A stretch of 64,000 nucleotides of DNA from Ophelia neglecta (taxonomy: Eukaryota), in assembly GCA_965285935.1 (NCBI GenBank), contig OZ260661.1, forward strand, positions 45,756,001-45,820,000. The letters run 5' to 3'. The first letter of the stretch is position 1. Every line of letters begins with the position of its first letter. Below are positions 14,401 to 26,900 of this stretch, one piece after another. A program made the translations under genes and the position numbers. The notes below the pieces were generated by a model, which was not told the origin of the DNA, searched no databases, and saw only the letters and a list, made by a program, of their open reading frames with translations.

Positions 14401-15104
14401 AGGTTTCTTGTCTTTGTAGTGCTTACATGTCTATTGTAACGAAGGTCACATAAAGTTTCAACTTAAACTATATGTATATATTCGCGAATTGTATTATGTG
14501 ATCAAACTCTTTCGATCATTCAACTCTACTCGCGTTTTCTCAACTGTTCAATGCCTTGTCCGTCTTTCAGCTATTCTCCTGTCAATTGAAACGGGGTGCC
14601 TGAGCTTCAACCCAAAGTCTTTTCTGACGATTTTTTTATTCTTTGTTCAAGCCTTTGTCTTACGTACAACCCTACTGGAGTCAAATGCAACAAAAAACCA
14701 CCGCTTTGTCAAAACAGAAGCGTGCTAACCTTGCTTTTGCATGTCCTTTTTAATAAACTTCTTTGGATTGATCCGTTAGTAAAGATTCATGTGATCGAAT
14801 ACTGATTATATGAGCTCAGATGTGATGATAAATCGATATGTTAGTACTTGTTTGCTGAAATTGATTACGATAGACTAGTAGGAATGGCTTTAAAATTGGC
14901 CATAATGGTTTCAGGTGGATGTTTGGTATATGACATCTATGGAAGCTGAGAGACTTCCATTTAGTCTTATCCATTTATAAATAAAGTAAACTTTATCTTG
15001 GTGTAATATGCATAACTCACTAGAACGGTCCTAACGAGCCATCATGACTGGTATCTTAATAACAATGCACATCACAGTGAATAAGGGCCAAAAGGTAACA
15101 AACG

Positions 15105-15328
15105 GACCTTATCATATCGTCAAAGTGCCTACTTGTGTCAGTGGGCTCAATGCCCTTTTTATAGTGCTGACTCACTGGAGTATCTGCGGTAGACATCAGA
15201 CAGGGATCCCCACCCAATGCCGGCCGCCTGGAAGGGAAGCTAACAGCACTTATTTTCGACTTGGGTTTCACCCGATCGAGGTTGGAACCCCGATCTAGCA
15301 CTTGCAAGGCGGATACCCGAACCACTAG
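15105..15328 (-). mobile_element. Second, more degraded copy of the same tRNA-SINE with an internal deletion
   Basis: Aligns to 9125-9395 (gtgcctacttgtg.cagtgggctcaatgccc...tcactggagta...gggaagcta...gaaccccgatc...cttgc.aggcgga). Lacks the ~55-bp segment gtcacattat...cccgaa and the (CAA)n tail. Confidence 0.82.
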
Positions 15329-15336
15329 GGTGTGCA

Positions 15337-16030
15337 GAAATCATGAAATTTGGCACACATAAGCAGGGTGAACTCAAATTCATTTTAAGAGAGAGTGGCA
15401 AGTCCAATATGCCCTGGTTGCTATGGTAACTGGCATGCATATCTATAGCATATAATGCCAAAGTTGATTGGCTATATCTATACTTGTAAAAGATATTGAT
15501 AAGATGGACGTTTTTGGTTGCAAAGCCTATAATGTCCTGTCCGCTTTTGCGGAAAATATTTCGGACCCTGTGTTGCCTTGGTAACTAATACAAATAACCC
15601 TGTTCGCCCTTGGTTTTATTAGTAAATTGTGTTAAAAGGTCAATAGGAAAATTATGATACACAATTTAAACACATAATGTTATTAAGTAAAAAATAGTTT
15701 AAGACCAGGGTTTCGATTTTATATACCGATGATTGGATCAGGTGTCCCTGTAACCATGGCAAATGTGCTGGTTCTTACTGTTTGGATACTAGTAAATTCT
15801 GGGGAAAGTGTTATGGAATCATGAAACGTGGCACACATGGTCAAACTTCACTCAAGATCATTGTAGGATAGAGTGGCAATATCAAAATGCCCTGGTTACT
15901 TTGGTAACGAGTACATGCCACTGCTGATTGACTATTAGTTTATTTTTAAATGTTATTAAGCAAAAGTAAGTCGGTTTTTGCATAGCTTATAAAGCTCTTT
16001 CCATGGGCAGGACATATTTTCAGACGATAT
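15337..16030. repeat. Degraded transposon-like element with internal direct subrepeats
   Basis: ~95-bp block aatcatgaaa.tggcacacat...gagtggcaa...atgccctggtt.ct.tggtaac at 15337-15430 and 15816-15908; several GTTGCCATGGTAAC-like palindromes. Confidence 0.55.
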
Positions 16031-19000
16031 TATAAATTAATCACACTTACTTATCTATATTCTGAACTCTATCAACTCTATATGTATTAACCAGAAATGA
16101 GTCGTTTATTACAAACAAGCCTGGGACATGGTTAGTGTTTTTAGTGTACAGGAATATTGTTTGAATTGAGTGGAAAATGTACTCAAGTAAACAATCAGGA
16201 AATGGCTGTTTCTGACATTACATTTCCGAAGATGTCTGTAATTGAATATGAAATTTAAAAGCCTAAAAGGTCTTAAATGGTAAAATGACGCATTTCGTGC
16301 AATATGCACTTTTGCATTCCGTGCATTTATTTAAACATTACTTCTCTTTCTATTTCAGTTAATAGTAAATGAGATTGACAGAAGTAAATTTCACACGCAG
16401 ATCTGTTTGCTATCTGTGAGTGCTTCAGTGGTGGTTGTGTTTTGTTAAAGATAGCGACACGCAAGATGATTGGCATGGTAGCTAGAGCCGGATTTCCTAA
16501 CCATTTTCGATATTCAAAACTCATAGGGTGCAACAAAGGGAACAACTAAAAAAATGATCGAAATCTAGGATGTTGATTCACTTTAAAGCAAGAATGCTTA
16601 ATAATAAGCTGGTGTAAAAATCGAATCACGGTAGCAACTCTTTAGCTCTAGACATCCCATTACATTTACTTTTATCTCTATAGCCAAACTAGAAAAGGAA
16701 ATGAATCTCATAAATGTATGTCCTACATTCGCCCAGAGAAGGAGGTCCCACAACAGGATAACGTTTCCTTAGTTCCTGTAGATGGTAAACCTTTTTTATG
16801 CGCACACGTCGGTTATTTTGTTTTATGTCCTGAATGTATGCACCTCCTAAAACTTTTGTGATAACCACCTACAGTTACATACATTAGGAAAAACCTTTCC
16901 CAACGGAATGGTTTATGCAGAAGATGAGCTTTTGCAGATCTGAGAACAATATAATGTTGGGTTGGAGGTTAAATTGCCTCAGATATGTAAATTGGCAAAA
17001 CTGTCACACAACAGGCTAAACATTTTTAGATCCGTTTTCATTTGTATAAAAATGGATGAGTCTTCAAAGGAGAAACAGTCGAGTGAAATAAAAGTACTCA
17101 GTACAAGCCATTGTCCGACTCTTTGATTCAGACTAAACAAGAGAAGAGCAGTGCATACTAAATGAACACTAGCCGGGTTGAAACGAAGTACTGTCACAAT
17201 ACAACAAGCGAGTCAGTGATCAATCTACCGAAGGCTCAAATTAGGTCTAATATTACATTCGCCCGAACATCGAAAGAAAGTAATACCAGATGCAAAACTT
17301 TTCACACACGAATACCATACGACCTGTGCGATATTGAATTATTGACAAAGGCTGATGGAATTTCTCGGATCAATTTAAATATGTATGTTTCTATTGTATT
17401 TTACATTATGAAGAACGCATACGTATGTGACCGTCCGCAATCTTGATAATGCATATTTTTCGGGACTGCTCTACCTCATTTGCAAGTTCGGGGTATGTTT
17501 GAATTGCCAAAACATATTGAGATTGCAAAACAATAAACAAACACTACTATTAGAACAAAAAACACGAGACCGTATTAACAGTTTATATTATTTAGATGTG
17601 GATAGATGTTTGTGGTCCTGCAGCTGGTGATTCCTGGACTGATCTAATAGACAATTCTTGATTGATGCTTTAGTTTTTACTGCCGGGTATCGGCTGCCTT
17701 ATTTTGTACACCTCTATCAAAATAATATAATTTCAACTTGAAGTCCATCGACTCCGAAGATCTCCAGATATGTCCTTCACAGACTTGCAACAAACTTGTA
17801 TGCAGGCATGTTTCTTCCCATTTAAAATATAAAGATATTGTTACATGTAAAGACTTTTCATTCTAGAATCCAAAGTGTTTCGTTAACAACCTTGACCACA
17901 TCACACTTTGCACCTGGCTTAAATTAATTTGTTTTCCACTGAAGCGTTTTATGATTTGCTGATTAAAAGACGACATGTCAGTATATTTGGAGCTAAGTGG
18001 TGACATGGAGATATAATGACAATTCCTCCGACTAATTAGTCAAATGCGACGAGCCGGAACAGCCATCAAGGGCCCAATTCCTGACGCCATTGATGCAAGC
18101 TAAAGAAAATAAACCGATAACGGCTTAACATGATAAGCATTAGGTCTGATAATGTATGCGCCCCACATAGAAGGCACTTGCTCGGTTTTAACAGAAAGTG
18201 TCAGCCTATTTATTTTCATCGCCAAGACTCACATGATAATAGAATAACCGCGCCAAGATCAAACTAAATAGAGAAATGTTTATCAATTTGAAGGTAGTCA
18301 TTAATCGGAAAACAGCGATATTAACTGATTCGGAGCATGCAGAGCATTACGCGCATCATTACGTCCGGTTTTATGTTAAGGTTTCAATTGTAATTGAATC
18401 AGCCAAAAATATCCATTACAATTCTACTTTATTGCCATGTCCTTAAGGATGATCGCATAAGGGACAAATCACGAAAACATTGCGTTGTGCGGTGAAGAAA
18501 AAATATGTTGGTTGTGGTTGAGTGCACCAGTGGTTGAGTGCTCCAGTGCACATGTGACAATACAAATATTTCAATCTAAATGAAAGTTGGTTACTCCTTC
18601 AGAAAATACAACAACAGTGACCTTTTTTATAGATACGAGACATTAGCTGGATTTTTGTACGTGACAAAACAAAACAGAACATTCGTTTCCTTGTCAACGT
18701 CTAGTGATTATTACTATATGATCTGATGCGATAGAGCAATTTAACCAATTTTAAGTTAAGGCTTTTAATCACTGTTAATGGCTAGCGGTTAGGTCATTAC
18801 AATGCATTTTTTGTTTGCCATACAAGAACTATAACAGCTTCAATTCCTACATTATCAATCATTTGATTTAACATCTCTTTATGTTGCACCGATGGGTTTT
18901 TTCACAATAATTAAACTTCAGGGCGATGACATATTTTTCTCAAATCATATTTGATCTTTAGTTTAATTGATGGGAACAAACGAAAATAGCGGGAATTATC

Positions 19001-20593
19001 TACGTGCTCTACCTTTAGTGTCAGGTGCAATGATTTGAGAGCCAACGATTGATGGCTAGAGTCTATCGGCTAGTGATTTGACACAATAATAACGTTCAAG
19101 TGGTTTTAATAAACTTAAATGTATTCTTCAAATATACAGATGAAAGGTGTATGTACACTTTTATATACATTTCAATTATTACATTCGATTATACTGCCAT
19201 CCGTCAGTGAGTTATCGCGTTATATAAACAAAATGTCATGACTATTCAAAACTATTGAATAATGATGAAACATTAAATATCACATGAAAAATAAAAAATA
19301 ATACTTCCAGAATGCATTGCACCAATTACACACCACAGCTTAATGAAGTGCTGATTCTTATGCTTGAGTACGTCATACCAAAAACGTATCGGTGTTATTG
19401 CATCTCTACAAATACACTGGTTAAATTAACCTGAAGACAATATGGCAAGAAAACGCAGCAAACACTCAAAGAAAGAAACATTAATTTATGCAACCAGGTT
19501 CGATTTATACATCATAACAATATTATATCACTATTTTTCTCCATCAAATGGGGAATTTACACAAAATACATACAAACGAAAAGTGGGTCAACCTTGTACA
19601 ATGACCACCAATCCATGCTTTAAGTGGTTAATTATAGTGGGATTAGTTATTTTTTGTATTTTATTATCAAAGAGTGGGGCTTTCATTCAATTTGATAACA
19701 CTGCTATGCTCACACATAAATAAATAAAATATAAACACTGGCACAAAGAGTAAATGATGAGAAAGTATCATGCTTAAGAAAAATCCAAACGGACAGTCGT
19801 GCAGGATACAAATTAACCTATTTTCAGCAGTTAAGTGTGCTTCGACAATTGACGGTGTCATCATTGCATAGTTATATTCAGCATCAAATATTAAATATGA
19901 CGTATGTAGGAAATAGAATGTACTAATGTTTTTTATATATTTAATTGTGGTTGTAGTGATCCCAGATTAGAATGGCATTAAGAAATAATCAATAGCTTAT
20001 TTTGGCAAATGCATTTTTGATTTTACGCATGCAGAAGGTGCAAAATATTTATCAACCAACTATCGTAACGGGGAACATGAAATATTAAATTGTATGGGAC
20101 AGAGGTACAACGTACAGTCAATTTAATATAGCACTTATCAAACTGTCCTACTTGCATCAAGGCATTGAATAAATGATAAAATTAATTCTGTTTATGCAAG
20201 CATGGATGGATTCATACGGACTACTCAATCCTGATCAGCGCAAATCACTCACAGAACAAATATGAGAGAAGAATTGGAGCGTTGCAGTATATTATGTAAC
20301 ATTTAAAAAAGGAATTAATGCCTATAATAGTGAGAAATTGTGGTGGTTAAAAAATTAATAGGAGAAAAAGAGACTTCTCTTGTCAGCTCGGAAAAATTCA
20401 AAGAGAGAAAACTCGGTATGTACAACCAGCTGCGATGAACGCCTGTTGTCTGTTAACGATCCACTTAAAAATATATATAAAGGCCAACAATGTTTGTGTG
20501 AAAGAATGTCTACAGACCTTATCAATCTCTATTGTACCGTTTTAATTTTCAGTCACCTGAACGACCATTTTTCTTATTATATTGTCAACTATG

Positions 20594-20997
20594 CTACCGG
20601 AAAGCAGTAAGTACGAAAACAACTATGATCGAGCTGAGCCAAATCGGTGTCGCAGGCGCTGATGATGATTTTCCTGTTGACATTGTCTGACCGCCTTTAA
20701 CTCCTTCCACTGTGTTGTAGTTGTCGGAATTCAATTCTCCATTGGAACCAGAGGACAGAATGGACGAAGCTCTTTCACTTGATACTATCTTCCCTTCCTT
20801 ATTCTGACCTTGAGAGTGTTCTGAGACCTTCGCGGTCGCAACAGTTGCAGCATCCTTCGCAACATAATCGTCCATGATGCCTGTCGTTGACACAGCCGAC
20901 TGCCTAAACTTTTCGCTCGAATCAATCGAGGAGTCACTATCACTGTTTTTGAAATCGCCCACATGCGTGCTGTGGCCGTTTTCGTGTTTGCAATTAC
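20594..20997 (-). CDS. Terminal coding exon 14: Ser/Thr-rich stalk and GPI-type signal (...GKSSSAPATPIWLSSIIVVFVLTAFR*)
   Basis: Acceptor ttctcttag, phase 1, stop TAG at 20594-20596; ORF 20594..21016. Confidence 0.9.
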
Positions 20998-23900
20998 CTA
21001 AGAGAACAAACTTCAAAATATAATACTAGCGTGGGTTAATATAACATTTTAAGACTTGTTTGTCTTGAAACTGCAGTTCATTTTGATGGGATCGTGATGG
21101 GACGATCTGCATCCGATTTAAAACAAGTAAGTAAATGTCAATGCAATTTATAAGATTGTGTTTAAACATAATAGTTATAATTTTACAAAAAAAATACCTT
21201 TATATGCAATGGAATGTTTAATAGCACCATTAAACAAGTTAGAGATTCCTCTGTTGCATTGTCTGTCTGTACCAAATGCTGAAAGTTTCCCCTCTGGCCT
21301 AATACTCTGTCAACGAACACATTTTGAAATAAGTGTTCAAGATCAGCAAACGTTACAGCTAGTCATTACAAAATTGCTTACTTAACAAACATTACTATTA
21401 TTAAGATGAACTTATGTTATAAACAACGTCTTACAAAGCAATTGACTAAACGTGAATCTTTGTGAGCCTGACGAACGATGAAAAATGTCCTCGTGTTGCC
21501 AGACCAAATGGCAAGACATTCCAGAGAAACATCTGAAGAAATAAACGAAAATCAGCGACACGTATTTGTTTACAGCCGAATCCCTCAGTTTAGAGTTCAT
21601 CATAGAATCATTGGCTAATGCGTCTCACATTAACTTTTATCAAATTAAGCACATTGATTCCATACTTTCATGTATTTATTATAAGAAGATAATCGTTAGA
21701 CTTGGTTTATTCTGAAAGAAAAATATATAGAACCTACAATTACTAAGTCTCAAACATTGTACAGTCATAGTAGTTAACGTTTAAATAAGTTTCGAAAGCA
21801 AAGTCATAGTAAATGGCATATTCCTTTTAAAATGAAGATTAACTTTGTAAATTTGACTGTTACCATTCTCATCTTTACAACTGGATTGTAATTCTATTGT
21901 GCTTGTGTTCTCACATCCTACATTTATATGCTGGATGCAGCTGCCCGATGTTTGAACTTGATACAGACCAGGCAGTGGGCAGTCTATTGGGGTCAGTTTA
22001 TCCACTTAAACACAAACACATATTGGTTATTGATTATCACTTATTACAAACATTCACGCTTATACAGTATTCTTCCGACAAAAACCTCATTAACGTGTAA
22101 GACTACTCACAGAGCAAAATAGCTAGAATATGTAAATACTTTGCCATGTTATACCGTTACATAGAAGACACATGTATAGTCCATTTCCAGTGACTAGCCC
22201 TAGGACAAAGTACAGTCCTAGGTCGAGCATGCTCTCAAGTGATTTTCAGACCACGAAAACGTGTCTGGCAATCACCTGTTTAATCTGCTGTTCGGCAAAA
22301 ATCGTCTGGGCAATTCGTGTCAATCATAGCGCTGGTTACATATCAGTTTTTAGCATCCGAGTTATGACGAGAATAAATAGGCTTATATAGCCTTTGCTGT
22401 ACTTAGACTAATTCTAAATGTAGTGGCGCTATACGATTTTCGTCTGCCATTTCACAAGATAAAAACGAGCACGTAAACTAAGAGCCAAAAGTATGGCTAG
22501 CCACGCTCTACAGTCCCCTTACCACGGTTTTAATATATACTGCTATTCACCTCGCGGGCCGGGACCTGTAGAAGACTCGCTCGCTAAGCAGGTTACAGGC
22601 TGAGGACAGTTTTGCATGCGGACGTCTTTGAGACCCACACATAAAACCAAGTATACACTGCCCCTTGGTATTGTACTTACGGATCAGTATTTGAACATCT
22701 TTGTATTCTTCGTCCCGGACACACTGGTTACTGCTCTCGTAATCTACCATATTTCCTGATAAAACGAATGGTGAAATTTGGAACCAGGATTAATATAAAT
22801 ACTTTCCTTTATTCACGATTGGAATTGGGTAAAACTCATTGCCAGTAAAAAGGAAGCCTTTGAGATATTGACTGTTTCTAGGCAATGGGCAACTTATGCA
22901 AAACTATAGGCTATGGGGCGAAACCATGCAAAACCCTATAATAAATATACTAGGCTTACCTTTATACATTTCAATTACATTTTCTGCGATCCTTTTTATC
23001 TTAATGCACTGATGCTTGGAGAGACTGCAAGCATACAGAAACAAGGTAAAAATTATAGATCTAATTTTAATCAATGATCGGTAACAACTCAAAAATAACA
23101 AAACTATTGTACGTATATCCAGGGAAGAAAGAACGAAACAAATCAGTTTGCAAGTTATACCATCAGAGTTCTAGGACCTGTTATTATCAATTGAAATATA
23201 AAAAGTAGCCTTGTTAATCAAAGGAGAGGAGATTAATGATGTGTAAACTCGCAATAAAGCCGTTTTCATTGTCAACTTACCACGCATGCGTTGCAAAACT
23301 AAGATATACGTATTCCTCTTTTTGAACGTTGTAATCTAGTTCTTCGACGCATTTATACTCATTTTGTAGATGTGGTTTTGAGTTCACCCTTCTACGATAA
23401 AACCCAGATATGACTTCACCGCGGTCGTCACTGATGTAACTGTGTTTTCCCTCTACATCACGCCATTCGCGAGCAGTCAGCCAATCAGGAAAATGGCAGC
23501 TAGGTGGAGGCCACCCAAATACGTCTAAAAACAAACAAAAGGCATCTTGACTGTTTTATAAGCAAAAAATGAACAAATCTAAATTGAAAACTTCTTATTT
23601 CAATTCAAAAGCGTTTATAGCCATTAACGCATTGGCATTATACTGAGTTGAGCAAATAGGAACGCAGACAATGTTCCGGATGGCAGTAATATTCACCAAG
23701 CATATGTGTCATAGACGCACTTATGTGTGTGCAAACAAACGAGTGGATACCCTTTAAAGACCTGTAAAGTTCAATTGTCAAATCCTCTTCTCATACATTT
23801 AAAGATTGAGACTAAAGATATAATGGTCGAGTTTCAAGGCGTTAAATAACGACACATGTATCTATAATACATGTATAATACATAAAAAATATCATGGCCA

Positions 23901-26900
23901 GCACACAGCGTGCCCTTATGATAACTGATTTTGATTTGTGCGCCGGGTATCCACTCTAGCTATTCTTATTCGTGAAAAAATATATGTATACATATTTACC
24001 TTTAGTAAGTTCCATAATAAAAGGTCCATCTCTGGCTGTTCTCAATCCACGACACGTGGCATCTATACTCATTGACACATAGACATCACTGCCATAGTAC
24101 TGGTAACGCTGTGTTTCGATAATAAAATGTATAACATTTTTATCGGTGAACTAGGGAGCAGGGACATAAAATCTACCATTCTGCAATTGCCTTGCTGACC
24201 AAATTGTGAACAAAAGGTCACCAAACAAATAGATGATTACATCCAATTCATGTTTCTAACTTTACATAAATGACCAAATTCAAAAGTACTTGCGACTTAC
24301 GAAGCATCTGTAACTTTCATCTTTTGACACGATGCCTGGCCCAGCAAATCTGCCGTACATGAACATATCTGAACCGTCTTTCCAGGTAGCGAGGCAGTCA
24401 AAGTCCAGATCTAAAAATTAATCCAATTAAATCAATCAATCGTTTTGCTGCGACGGATGAAGTGGAAAGTAAAAATGGAAAAGAAACTAATTTTTTTTGT
24501 AAAACAAATGTACACAACTGACAAAGCTTTGAAGTTACAGATACATGGACACGGCGATCAAATTTAAATATTATCAGTTGACGGTCATTTTTGTGATAAC
24601 CTAGATATTTTGGCGCATTTTGGGAATCCAATTGCACTTTCAGCGAAACGTTCCTCTGTACAGTCAACCAACGTTACAGGAATATGACACAACCATGAAA
24701 TGTATTAACAACAGACAATTTACAGGGAATTTGCTCGTCATTGATAATCCGCGTGCTAACTACTTCCCTGCATGAATGCAAGAAACATAGCTCTAGCCAA
24801 TCAGACCCGGGCTGGACGCTCAATAGCGAGGAGAAGGAAAATGAGCAGTATTATAATTTATAAAAGCAAGACACGACCTTATGTATACCGACAATTGTTT
24901 TTAAATATACATGGCTGTGATATATTACTGATGAAGCAAATCATCACCCGATACCACTATAAACAGATAAAAGCCCTAGCTAAGAACGGGTTATTGCGAG
25001 CATCTGACGATCGAGTTTAACGGCGATGGGGAAGGGAAAGGCCTAATTATAAATTTGTCCCACTTTTAAACGCTCCTGTTTTCTGTTTCATACATTAGAA
25101 AGTCTATGTTCTAAGCGTGGTCGCTTCCTCGATGGGAGAGTGACTAACTTAGTTCCCCACTATGACACCCGATCCCCTGTCAAACCATCGTACCCTTCGT
25201 GTTAAATATGGTAGATCATCGAACGTTATATAGCGCTGGGTGCTATTTTTTTTTTTTAACTCAACAGTCCCAGGATCGAATCCGCACTAAATCGAAAGTT
25301 TATTTTCTCAGTTTCAACAATTAATAGACATGACAAATGATCAAAACAAAATCCCTTAGGCGGGGGCGGGATCGGATGTTGCTGTTCTGAAATGTCTCGT
25401 TCGTAGCCAGCTATTGGCCTTTATAATGGCATATCCATATTCATAGTGGGCTTCATTAGGAAAATAGGTCTAATATAGTTGAAAATATTGCAACATTGCA
25501 TTAAAATTCCAAACTAATTTAAGAGTAGATAGGCAAAAGAATGTTCTTTCCTTGCCTCTAGCAACTCAAAGCCAAATATCAGTTGATCGGTAGGCCTGAA
25601 AGTCGATGGCTTTGTTAAAAATCACTTCTATCATATAACACAGATACATCCTTAACTAAAAATAAATTTCATTAGTAATAATTATATCTCACCTAGACCA
25701 TTCCACATAGCATATTCTTCACAGTGCTTAAAGTGAAACTCGAACTTGTTTTGACCGACGCAGGGTTTTGCGTAAGCTATCGGCTGGTCACAGAAACCGG
25801 AAACTTGATCATTGTAGTTGAAGTAATAAGCATATTGGAACGGACATCGTGTTGGGGAACTTGGCTCTGTAAAATATAAACTTCGCTCTTTATATGTAAT
25901 TGAACTTTTTTGCTGCAAGTGACGATCATTCTTACATGATTAATTGTAGAGAATAGATATGTTGCGTACCTCTTACTAGTGTATAAAGTGGTGTTTCTAT
26001 CCGAATCTGGTTGCAAACACCTCTCAGGGAATCCCTCGGTATACAAAAACCTTATGAGTAAAACAAACTTCATAGTATGAGAAAAGTATGTTGTGCAAAC
26101 CGTGTTGGATATGTCACTGAAATGGACAAGATGTACCATTTCAGAGGATATATTGGTTTTCATACTGGTGATTTTCATGTTGAAAGTTTGATTTCATTTT
26201 ATCATTTTCAACAGTGTGTCTATGTTGAGCAATCGCTCATTAATAGATTGACACCGTGCATTGGACTTGCGAATAAAGTGCAGTCCACTATTCCTAGTGT
26301 TTAACTGGAAGCTATATATTCAAAGGTGTCGTTTTGTGTGCATGTGTCTCTAAATGCGATACTCATGATCAATATTGATGCTTTACTCTTTCAACATAGA
26401 TCTAACAAAATGGGTTTTCGGTTGTATTATGAAGAATGCTTTTTCTATCTTAAATCAAGTCCTAGATTTAAATGTATTGGATATTTGTAACAGTCCAGAT
26501 CACAAGATAATTAACTGCTTATCTTTTATTAATATAACGTAGGGTTTGTCATTATTTATTTCTATGGACGAACCAAAAATAACATACTCACTTTCTTTAT
26601 ATTGAATAATATTTTTGTGACGTTTGATTAGGAGTAGACATTGAAAGCACCCTTCGTCTCTGAAAAGAATAATAAAGATCAATTTGGAACCTTCAAAAAC
26701 CCCACATCTGTTGACACACTCGGTGGCTTTTGGAGTCCAATAGGCACCATAACGCCACACTGTCAAACTATGCACGGTTATAAATCTACTCTGTGTGTAA
26801 TTAGAACATCTAAATTGATACATCTCGGCTTATAAATTAAGTCAAAGTCTATTTCCGGTTTCTTAAGAGGATCAATGAAGGACTAAGTCGTCTCCTGATT

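Noticed and set aside
21412-21603. 63-aa ORF over exon 12
   Set aside because: Wrong frame; the spliced frame is VSLECLAIWSG.
25777-26178. 133-aa ORF in the track
   Set aside because: Overlaps real exons 4-5 but in a different frame; not a separate gene.
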